Below, one piece after another: positions 1 to 8,038 of a stretch of DNA of 32,000 nucleotides; the first letter of the stretch is position 1, and every line of letters starts with the position of its first letter. Source of the stretch: Nostoc punctiforme PCC 73102 (GTDB lineage: Bacteria > Cyanobacteriota > Cyanobacteriia > Cyanobacteriales > Nostocaceae); NCBI RefSeq assembly GCF_000020025.1, contig NC_010628.1, forward strand, positions 7,470,001-7,502,000, in the 5' to 3' direction. The notes below the pieces were generated by a model. It had not been told where the DNA came from. It ran no database searches and was given only the letters and a program-made list of their open reading frames with translations. Made by a program: the position numbers and the translations under genes.

Positions 1-1
1 A

Positions 2-673
2 ATCCTGATGGAAAAAGCAGAAGAGGGTTTTGCCTTAGCAAAAATATTGCGGGAAGATGGGTATTTGGTTGAAGCGTTAGAAATATGCCAAGCTGGTATC
101 AATTTAACAGGTAACTGTTTATATGAATTTGCTAGTTGGACAAGTGATTTAGCCCAAGGATTAGAAGATAATGCTACTGCCTTAACTGCCAGTATCATTG
201 CTTTTAAAATCAGACCATCGTTTCGAGACTATGGTAAGATTCAAGACTATGCAGGAGAAACTTGGTTGACGGTCAAACAAGATTTACTGCAAACACTACG
301 AGATCAGCCAGATTGGGGAATAAAAGAAGCTCAAGTTGATATTTTCCTCCATGAAGGATTAATTGATGATGCAATTAAAACAGTAGAAAGAGATAGTTAC
401 TATGCTTCAGAACTAGTTCATCGAGTCATGGATGCAGCAGTTTCCCATCGTCCAAAGTGGGTAATTGATAACGCTCGCAGACGGGCAGAACCAATAATGG
501 AACAAGGAAAAGCTGACCGTTATGACGCTGCGGTTAATTGGCTCAAAAAAGTAAAAACTGCGTATCTTCAACTAGGACAAAAAGCTGAATGGTCTGCTTA
601 TCGCTCACAACTAGAAGCGGCTCATGGACGTAAACGTAAATTAATGGAATTATTTAAAGAACTGAATAAATAG
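2..673 (+). CDS. C-terminal part of a conserved hypothetical protein; the 5' end probably lies outside the window
   Basis: The frame is open from the window edge, with no in-frame stop between nt 2 and the listed ATG at 8, and ends at TAG 671-673. It is co-oriented with the SNF2 helicase and 128 nt upstream of it. The visible 221 aa show no catalytic motif. Identity as the SWIM-type partner often found next to bacterial SNF2 genes rests on analogy only, since no CxC...CxH motif is visible here. Confidence 0.55.
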   Translation: MLMEKAEEGFALAKILREDGYLVEALEICQAGINLTGNCLYEFASWTSDLAQGLEDNATALTASIIAFKIRPSFRDYGKIQDYAGETWLTVKQDLLQTLRDQPDWGIKEAQVDIFLHEGLIDDAIKTVERDSYYASELVHRVMDAAVSHRPKWVIDNARRRAEPIMEQGKADRYDAAVNWLKKVKTAYLQLGQKAEWSAYRSQLEAAHGRKRKLMELFKELNK

Positions 674-801
674 TAGTCTGTCAAGCTAACTTTGACGGGT
701 GAGACACTTCTTAAACATCTCTTTTTTCTCTGACTCTGTGCCCTCTGCGCCTCTGTGGTTCGTTCCTTTACCCTTCAAACTTCACTTAACAGACCAATAG
801 T

Positions 802-3800
802 ATGATTAATTTAGCAACTGATACCACAAAATTACAAATACAACTTGCGGATAAATACTTCAAATTACATCCTTCCATACAAAAAATTATCCAGTTATTT
901 TCGGTAATTTATGCACCGATAGACAAAAATTCATTTGTAAGTTGTCTTAGTAAAATTGACGCTTTAGATGAAAACAATAAACCTTGGGTTACTAAAACCC
1001 TCAGTTCCCAAATTGATAAATTGTTAAAAGCAGGCTTGTTAATACAGGAAAGCAGGCAAGGTGCTGAATGTCATCCGTTACTCACAGAAATTGCTACTCG
1101 CCATGCTGTACAAACCGGACAGTTTGAAACCCTCGTCACAGCAGTAGAGGAGAAGCTACCAATACGTACTCACTGGAACAGAGATTCTCGAATATTCTAC
1201 AACTTACGCCAGTGTATCAGAGAAATCCGCATTGGTATTTATCGCCAAGACCTTAGTTTTATTAATCAGCAAATTGAAGCTTATCAGAAGTACAGTGATA
1301 GCGAAGAAAAAATAGTAATAGAAGATATCTTTGAGCAGATATACAATAATCCATTTGATGCAGATTGGTTTAACACCCTTCCACAAGGATTATATGAAAG
1401 TGGTATATCCAGTATCCTCTTCAATTCAGCCTTAAAATTATCTGCTTCTGAAGATGCGTTGATGTTGCTGGAAGAAGAATGTTCTACGCCTGGAAAACAT
1501 TGCTCAGATTATCTACATCTGATTTTGACAGAACAACTGTTGTTACAGGGTTGTACTCAAGAAGCACAAGAAAGTCTGGGGCGGATATCAAATGAATATC
1601 AAAATAACGCTGCGATTTTTTGGGGTTGGTTAAGTTTTCTGCGGGGTGATAATGAACAAGCCATCAAATATTATAAAGATGCCCTGAAAGCCATCAAAAA
1701 GGCTACAGGCAAACGCCAAATATATTTCAATACAATTGGGGGCTTATTTTTTATCCTCGCACTTTTAAAAGATGGTTCAGCGCAAAGCCTCCGCGAAGCA
1801 GAAGAATATACCAGTTTGATGTCCCGTCAATCAGATCATTGGCTCAGGTTCACTTATGGCAGACTGAAAATGGTATTGCAAGTCCACCAAGGCGATATTA
1901 CTCAAAAACAATTTGTAGTCAGTGGTCATATTTCTTCCGTGGAAGAAGAAAATAGCTTACAAACCTTGTTTTGTTCGCTATGCCTTTACTGGATGGATGC
2001 TGAGAGTGCTAAAAAACGCTTACTTAATTTACTAGAGCCATTGTATCGGCGATCGCTCGCTTCCGGTTATCACTGGTTGGCAATGGAAACCGCAGAACTC
2101 CTATCCCGACTCAAACCAAGTAGTAACTATAAACAACTTGCAGAGGCACTGCGAGAAGATAGCAATATCCAAACCATCGTAGACTTAATTCGACCCCAAG
2201 AAGCTTGGGAAATGTGCCTTAATGCCCTAGCAAATCTTCAAAAAGAACCACAAACACCAGGAAAACCAGAATCCGAACTGCGTTTAGCATGGTTCATAAC
2301 CTTCTATCCCAGCAGATGTGTCTTACAACCACGAGAACAAAAAGTTAATGCAAAAGGAGAATGGAGTAAAGGTCGCCCCATAGCCCTCAAGCGTCTAAGT
2401 AGTGCATTATCTGAGTTTGATTACATCACCCCCCAAGATATGCGGGTATGTAGTTGTATTGAGGCATATAGCGATGGCTATTACGGCAAAGTGGATTATA
2501 CCTTCGGTGAAAAAGCCATCTCTGCTTTAATTGGACACCCGTTGGTTTTTTGGGAAGATACACTTACTATCCGTGTAGAAATTGTCAAGGGAGAACCAGA
2601 ACTACTGGTTAAAAAAGAAAAACTTGGCCGTCTCACTTTGGAATTTTCTCCCAAATTACCAGAATCACAGAATATTCTGCATATCAAAGAAACCCCAACC
2701 CGCATCAAAGTCATTGAAATTACTGCCGAACACAGACGCATTGCAGAGATTATTGGTATAGATAATAAATTAAATGTGCCTGCGATCGCAGAGAAACAAG
2801 TTTTAGCAGCCATAAATGCCGTTTCTGGAATCGTTACCGTACATTCTGACATTGGTGGCGGTTCAGAAGGTGCAGAAAAAGTACCCGCCCAGACTCTACC
2901 CCATATTCATCTTTTACCTGCCAATGCCGGCTTGAAAATCAGCCTTTTGTCACGTCCCTTTGCCCAAGGTGGCCCCTACTACCGTCCTGGTGCAGGTGGT
3001 GAAACTGTAATTGCCGAGATTGACGGTAAACGTCTCCAAACCAGACGAAATCTGTCTGAAGAAAAGCAACTTGCCAAAGACGCTGTAGCCGCCTGCGCTA
3101 CCTTGACTCGAACTGAAGAACAAGATGGTGAATGGATAATAGAACATCTAGAAGACTGTTTAGAACTGCTGCTAGAACTGCAAGAACTAGGAAATAACGT
3201 AGTCATAGAATGGCCACAAGGAGAAAAACTGCGTGTTAGCCATAATGCCGACTTGAAAGACTTTAATTTATCAATTCAACGTCAGCAAGACTGGTTTGCA
3301 GCCACTGGGGAGTTGAAATTGAATAACGACCTAGTGCTAGATATGCAGCAACTACTAGAACTATTGGAGAAAACCCCCAGCCGTTTTATTCCTCTTGGTG
3401 ATGGTCAATTTTTGGCTTTAACTCAAGCTTTTCGGAAACGCCTCGACGAATTGCGGATGTTTTCGGAAAAACACAGTAAAGGTATTCGTTTTCACCCCTT
3501 GGCAACATTAGGGTTAGAAGATTTTGTCGATGAGGTAGGTAAAGTAAAAGCAGATAAACACTGGAAAACACATATCCAGCGTCTCCATGAGGTGAAAAAC
3601 CTCCAGCCGGAACTGCCATCTACCCTTCAAGCAGAACTACGTGACTACCAGATGGAAGGTTTTTGTTGGCTGGCGCGGCTAGCACATTGGGGTGTGGGTG
3701 CTTGTTTGGCAGACCAAATGGGACTCGGTAAGACCTTGCAAGCATTGGCGGTCATTCTCAGAAATGCCCATGAAGGACCAACCCTAATTATTGCCCCTAC

Positions 3801-5013
3801 TTCTGTATGTATGAATTGGGTGAGTGAAGCGCAGAAGTTTGCTCCAACTCTCAATATTATTCAATTTTCTGGTGCTAACCGCCAAAAATTATTGGATGGT
3901 TTACAACCGTTGGATATGTTGGTATGCAGCTATGGTTTATTACAGCAGGAAGAAGTAGCGCAAATGCTTTCTCAGATACAGTGGCAAACTATTGTGCTAG
4001 ATGAAGCCCAAGCAATTAAAAATATGACCACTAAACGTTCTCAGGCAGCCATGAACCTAAAATCTAATTTTAAGTTGCTGACTACTGGAACTCCGATTGA
4101 GAATCACCTGGGTGAGTTGTGGAATTTGTTCCGTTTTATTAATCCTGGGTTATTGGGTTCTTTTGAAAGCTTCAATCAACGCTTTGCTACCCCCATTGAA
4201 AAATATCAAGATAAACTTGCACGTAATAAACTCAAAAAACTTATTCAACCATTTCTATTGCGGCGGACAAAAAATCAGGTGTTAGAAGAGTTGCCATCTC
4301 GTACCGAAATTCTCCTTCATGTAGAGTTAAGTCAAGAGGAAAAGGCATTCTATGAAGCATTGCGCCGTCAAGCAATATCTAAACTGACCGAAAGTGATGC
4401 AGAAGCAGGAAAGAAACATTTGCAGGTTTTAGCTGAGATTATGAAACTGCGTCGCGCTTGCTGTAATCCTAGTTTAGTGATGCCTGGTACTGAATTACCT
4501 AGTTCTAAGTTGCAACTTTTTGGTGAGGTGCTAGGTGAACTGCTGGAAAATCGTCATAAAGCGTTAGTGTTTAGTCAGTTTGTTGACCATTTGCATATCA
4601 TCCGCGATTACCTCGAACAACAAGGTATTAATTATCAATATCTAGATGGCAGTACTTCAGTGGCAGAGCGCAAAAAACGGGTCGATGCGTTCCAAGCTGG
4701 TTCAGGGGATGTATTTCTGATTAGTCTCAAAGCAGGGGGGACAGGACTTAATTTAACTGCGGCTGATTATGTGATTCATACAGATCCTTGGTGGAATCCC
4801 GCAGTGGAAGACCAAGCCTCAGACCGCGCTCATCGGATTGGGCAACAACGCCCGGTGACAATTTATCGCTTAGTAGCAAAGGATACTATCGAAGAAAAAA
4901 TTGTGGAATTACATCACCACAAACGAGATTTGGCAGATAGCCTGTTGGAAGGTACCGAGATGAGTGGCAAGATATCAACGGAAGCCTTGTTACAGTTAAT
5001 TAGTGAAAGTTAG
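802..5013 (+). CDS. SNF2/Swi2-family DEAD/H-box helicase with a long (~900 aa) N-terminal extension
   Basis: 1403-aa ORF. The C-terminal third carries SNF2 motifs: DYQMEGFCWL...LADQMGLGKTLQ (I), VLDEAQAIKN (II), LTTGTPIENHLGELWNLFRF (III) and QASDRAHRIGQQRPVTIYRL (VI). All antisense ORFs inside it look like shadow ORFs. Confidence 0.93.
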   Translation: MINLATDTTKLQIQLADKYFKLHPSIQKIIQLFSVIYAPIDKNSFVSCLSKIDALDENNKPWVTKTLSSQIDKLLKAGLLIQESRQGAECHPLLTEIATRHAVQTGQFETLVTAVEEKLPIRTHWNRDSRIFYNLRQCIREIRIGIYRQDLSFINQQIEAYQKYSDSEEKIVIEDIFEQIYNNPFDADWFNTLPQGLYESGISSILFNSALKLSASEDALMLLEEECSTPGKHCSDYLHLILTEQLLLQGCTQEAQESLGRISNEYQNNAAIFWGWLSFLRGDNEQAIKYYKDALKAIKKATGKRQIYFNTIGGLFFILALLKDGSAQSLREAEEYTSLMSRQSDHWLRFTYGRLKMVLQVHQGDITQKQFVVSGHISSVEEENSLQTLFCSLCLYWMDAESAKKRLLNLLEPLYRRSLASGYHWLAMETAELLSRLKPSSNYKQLAEALREDSNIQTIVDLIRPQEAWEMCLNALANLQKEPQTPGKPESELRLAWFITFYPSRCVLQPREQKVNAKGEWSKGRPIALKRLSSALSEFDYITPQDMRVCSCIEAYSDGYYGKVDYTFGEKAISALIGHPLVFWEDTLTIRVEIVKGEPELLVKKEKLGRLTLEFSPKLPESQNILHIKETPTRIKVIEITAEHRRIAEIIGIDNKLNVPAIAEKQVLAAINAVSGIVTVHSDIGGGSEGAEKVPAQTLPHIHLLPANAGLKISLLSRPFAQGGPYYRPGAGGETVIAEIDGKRLQTRRNLSEEKQLAKDAVAACATLTRTEEQDGEWIIEHLEDCLELLLELQELGNNVVIEWPQGEKLRVSHNADLKDFNLSIQRQQDWFAATGELKLNNDLVLDMQQLLELLEKTPSRFIPLGDGQFLALTQAFRKRLDELRMFSEKHSKGIRFHPLATLGLEDFVDEVGKVKADKHWKTHIQRLHEVKNLQPELPSTLQAELRDYQMEGFCWLARLAHWGVGACLADQMGLGKTLQALAVILRNAHEGPTLIIAPTSVCMNWVSEAQKFAPTLNIIQFSGANRQKLLDGLQPLDMLVCSYGLLQQEEVAQMLSQIQWQTIVLDEAQAIKNMTTKRSQAAMNLKSNFKLLTTGTPIENHLGELWNLFRFINPGLLGSFESFNQRFATPIEKYQDKLARNKLKKLIQPFLLRRTKNQVLEELPSRTEILLHVELSQEEKAFYEALRRQAISKLTESDAEAGKKHLQVLAEIMKLRRACCNPSLVMPGTELPSSKLQLFGEVLGELLENRHKALVFSQFVDHLHIIRDYLEQQGINYQYLDGSTSVAERKKRVDAFQAGSGDVFLISLKAGGTGLNLTAADYVIHTDPWWNPAVEDQASDRAHRIGQQRPVTIYRLVAKDTIEEKIVELHHHKRDLADSLLEGTEMSGKISTEALLQLISES

Positions 5014-5065
5014 CTGCTTGAAAGAAATTGCGTAGGCGCAGCCCGTCGTAGACATCGCACTTCAA

Positions 5066-5536
5066 CTAAAGAGCATATTCCAGCAATCGTTCCCACTCCC
5101 AATGCCAAGCAGTCTCTACTAATATTTCTTTGCCGTTGGTGAATTGAATAAATTCTTGCCCGTTGTCATAAAAAACATCAGCAACTAGACGATTACGCAC
5201 ATCATATCCCCATTTGGAAACTGCGGCATTCCACCACCTTTGACCTGCCGATTGCAATAGTGGTAGTTCCATGTATTCATCACGCCATGCCACAGGTTTC
5301 CATTGCTCCTGCAAAGCTCGAATTAAAATAGCGTTTGGAAAAACCTCTCTTTCCTGTTCTTGTAACCACAGTATGTATTCAATTGTTCTTCTCAAAGCAT
5401 CTTCTAGCCCATAAGTGCAGCCTTCAAGGGCAGTTTGGACTCCATCAAGGGAAAAATTTACCCCAATGGCTACTAATGCTCGTTCGTATTGCTTAAATAT
5501 CTCATATTCACCTGAATCTTCTGACCAGAACCACAC
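5066..5536 (-). CDS. hypothetical protein (Trp-rich, 156 aa)
   Basis: GTG start preceded by AGGAGG about 13 nt upstream on the minus strand. It is convergent with the SNF2 gene. No motif recognised. Confidence 0.6.
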   Translation of the reverse strand: MWFWSEDSGEYEIFKQYERALVAIGVNFSLDGVQTALEGCTYGLEDALRRTIEYILWLQEQEREVFPNAILIRALQEQWKPVAWRDEYMELPLLQSAGQRWWNAAVSKWGYDVRNRLVADVFYDNGQEFIQFTNGKEILVETAWHWEWERLLEYAL

Positions 5537-5620
5537 ACTTAATACACCTCCTGAACAATTAAGTAAGTTTGCACAATAAAATCATAACTTGTAAATAAAA
5601 ATGAACTAGCCTATTACCTC

Positions 5621-5660
5621 TTGCCTTATTGCCTATTGCCTTATTGCCTATTGCCTTATC
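5621..5660. repeat. 15-bp tandem repeat TTGCCTTATTGCCTA, about 2.7 copies (STRR-like)
   Basis: Read directly: ttgccttattgccta at 5621-5635 and 5636-5650, then partial ttgccttatc. A degenerate copy (cctattacctc) lies just upstream. Confidence 0.9.
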
Positions 5661-5849
5661 CCAACGACAATTATTTACGCCAACTTACTTAACTTAAAAT
5701 GTATTACTATCAACATCGAACAGAAATAATTGACGACCCAAGTATATCCGCAATACAATTATTGTAGTAGAACCTAACGATAGAGTTAATTAAAATAATT
5801 TGCCCAGAGAATAAAGACAAGCAATATTAAAGATAATTTGGACAAAAAA

Positions 5850-6200
5850 ATGAACGCTAAAATTATTGCTTTGTTGGGAATTACCGCAGCTTTTGCAAGC
5901 TTAGAAAGCCAGGTGTACGCCCAGTCACCAGCATCAAGCTTAAATCCAGGAAAATATAGATTAACAGGTGATTCTCTAGTCGGAATTGATAATAGAACAG
6001 CCCAAGATGACTTTGGAAAGTTTTTTGAGCAAACTAATCCAGCAACAATCTCTAACAATAATAGAAGAGACAAGACTCCAGTCAAAATCCACTTTAACGA
6101 GACATTATCACAGCCAGATACTTCTGTTTTCTTAACACCCGCTCAGTCTGGCAATGACAACGATGGATTGCAAGTACAGTTAGATTTAGGGAGAGAATAA
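5850..6200 (+). CDS. small secreted hypothetical protein
   Basis: ATG at 5850 gives MNAKIIALLGITAAFASLESQVYAQ, a signal-peptide-like N-terminus with an A-x-A-type cleavage context. The listed TTG at 5838 adds only 4 residues. The overlapping minus ORF 5786..6085 is judged spurious. Confidence 0.55.
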   Translation: MNAKIIALLGITAAFASLESQVYAQSPASSLNPGKYRLTGDSLVGIDNRTAQDDFGKFFEQTNPATISNNNRRDKTPVKIHFNETLSQPDTSVFLTPAQSGNDNDGLQVQLDLGRE

Positions 6201-6225
6201 TCAGGTATAAAGTTGGCGCTTTCAT

Positions 6226-6302
6226 GTAGGGTGTGTTGTTGCATAGCGCAACGCACCATTAACAATCCACTGTGCGTTAGCCTACGGCATAACACACCCT
6301 AC
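6226..6302. repeat. MITE-like inverted repeat (GTAGGGTGTGTT ... AACACACCCTAC)
   Basis: The 12-nt termini are perfectly complementary (6226-6237 vs 6291-6302), and the interior has the complementary pair gcgcaacgcac / gtgcgttagc. A hairpin aaaccca-cagagg-tgggttt follows at 6338-6357. Confidence 0.8.
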
Positions 6303-6473
6303 TGGCGTGGCTGATTAAGGAAATAATTGAGGGTTTGAAACCCACAGAGGTGGGTTTTGTCTGTATAGTTGCGATTCCTAACCACCCTTTTAACTAAATC
6401 CGCTTTCCTGAGTCGGTAATTCTGCAATCATTTTGCAGTAAAATTAATCGTCTAGATACAGGAGGGCTTTGAG

Positions 6474-7826
6474 ATGACTCGTGTCATCATTGTACGCCAC
6501 GGTCAAAGTGGTTATAACACCGAGCGGCGTATTCAGGGACGCACTGATGCGTCAACATTAACCGAGAAAGGTCGTAACGATGCAAGTATTGCTGGCAAAG
6601 CCCTCAGCAATATTTTATTTAATGCTATTTACAGCAGTCCCCTGCAACGAGCAAAACACACAGCAGATATTATCCATAGTGAGTTAGCTACTCATTCTGA
6701 ACAATCTGCTGTAATTCAAGTTTCTGATTTGCTACTAGAAATCGACCTTCCTTTATGGGAAGCACTGCTAACTGCTGAAGTTAAGCAAAAATTTGCCGAA
6801 GACTATCGCACTTGGCATCAACGCCCAGACGAACTGCGGATGCTGCTAAATGATGCACAGGGAACAAGAGAACATTTTCCTGTTCTTGCTTTATACGAAC
6901 AAGCGCGGCAGTTTTGGCAAGAAACTTTGTCTCAGCATCAAGGCGAAACTATTCTCATAGTGGGACATAACGGCATTAATCGCGCCCTAATTAGCACAGC
7001 CTTGGGAATCCCTGCAAGTCGCTACCATTCCATACAGCAGTCTAACTGTGGCATCAGCGTACTTAATTTTGCTGGAGGATTGGGCGAACCAGTCCAGCTA
7101 GAATCTTTAAATCAGACCCAACATACAGGAGAAACTTTACCCTCATTGCGACCAGATCATCAAGGAGTCAGGTTGTTGTTAGTGCGTCACGGCGAAACCG
7201 AGTGGAATCGCCAAACCCGGTTTCAAGGACAAATTGATGTCCCCCTCAACGACAACGGTAGACAACAGTCGCAAAAAGCAGGCGAATTTCTTCAAGAGGT
7301 AGCGATTGATTTTGCAGTAAGTAGCACAATGCTACGCCCTAAAGAAACAGCCGAAATTATCTTAAAACAGCATCCTAATGTAAAGTTAGACTTGCAAGAT
7401 GGTTTAAGAGAAATCAGCCACGGACTCTGGGAAGGAAAATTAGAAACAGAAATAGAACAAGAGTTTCCCGGAGAGTTGCAGCGCTGGCGCTTAGTACCCG
7501 CCCAAGTGCAAATGCCTGAAGGGGAAAATTTACAAGAGGTTTGGGAACGCAGCGTTGCAGCTTGGCAATCAATTGTGGAAGCAGCATTAACCAATCAATT
7601 CAAAACTGTATTAGTAGTAGCTCATGACGCTACAAATAAAACTCTACTTTGTCACATTCTGGGTTTATCGCTAGAAAATTTCTGGAATTTCCGCCAGGGT
7701 AATGGCGCAGTCAGCGTTATCGACTACCCTTCTGGAATCGGTGGTTTACCAGTATTGCAAGCGATGAACATCACCGCTCACTTTGGTGGAGGCGTACTAG
7801 ATAAAACAGCAGCAGGAGCATTGTAA
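6474..7826 (+). CDS. tandem-domain histidine phosphatase (phosphoglycerate-mutase-like) family protein
   Basis: Two RHG catalytic motifs, IVRHGQSGYN at the N-terminus and LVRHGETEWN near residue 236. Each is followed by a downstream His motif (VGHNG, VAHDA). RBS-like caggaggg lies upstream of the ATG. Confidence 0.88.
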   Translation: MTRVIIVRHGQSGYNTERRIQGRTDASTLTEKGRNDASIAGKALSNILFNAIYSSPLQRAKHTADIIHSELATHSEQSAVIQVSDLLLEIDLPLWEALLTAEVKQKFAEDYRTWHQRPDELRMLLNDAQGTREHFPVLALYEQARQFWQETLSQHQGETILIVGHNGINRALISTALGIPASRYHSIQQSNCGISVLNFAGGLGEPVQLESLNQTQHTGETLPSLRPDHQGVRLLLVRHGETEWNRQTRFQGQIDVPLNDNGRQQSQKAGEFLQEVAIDFAVSSTMLRPKETAEIILKQHPNVKLDLQDGLREISHGLWEGKLETEIEQEFPGELQRWRLVPAQVQMPEGENLQEVWERSVAAWQSIVEAALTNQFKTVLVVAHDATNKTLLCHILGLSLENFWNFRQGNGAVSVIDYPSGIGGLPVLQAMNITAHFGGGVLDKTAAGAL

Positions 7827-7837
7827 AAAAGTGAGGA

Positions 7838-8030
7838 GTACAGACGCGATTAATCGCGTCTGTACAAGAGTTAAGGAATAAAGTTAGGAGTGAAAAATAT
7901 GAGTGATGAATAAAGTTAAAAATGATGAGCAAGGAACAAATAACTGATAATTTCTAACTCCTCTACAGACGCGATTAATCACGTCTCTTCTAACTCCTAA
8001 CTCCTAACTTTATTCTTAACTCTTAACTAA
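7838..8030. repeat. composite palindromic repeat element filling the intergenic gap
   Basis: Perfect 28-nt palindrome gtacagacgcgattaatcgcgtctgtac at 7838-7865, and a second core agacgcgattaatcacgtct at 7967-7986. The flanks gagttaaggaataaagttaggag (left) and ctcctaactttattcttaactc (right) are near reverse complements. AACTCCT heptamers are repeated at 7990-8010. Confidence 0.8.
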
Positions 8031-8038
8031 AAAATTTT

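Noticed and set aside
1204-4285. Nine short ORFs inside or antisense to the SNF2 gene (1204..1386-, 2496..2852-, 2950..3147-, 2979..3206-, 3386..3619-, 3645..3854-, 4097..4285+)
   Set aside because: All lie within a 1403-aa ORF that has clear helicase motifs. Their sequences are low-complexity or Cys/Ser-rich, as is typical of shadow frames.
5786-6085. 99-aa minus-strand ORF overlapping the small secreted-protein gene
   Set aside because: The plus-strand frame has a clean signal peptide starting from an ATG, whereas the minus frame is hydrophobic with no signals. Only one can be real, and the plus strand is favoured, though with modest confidence.
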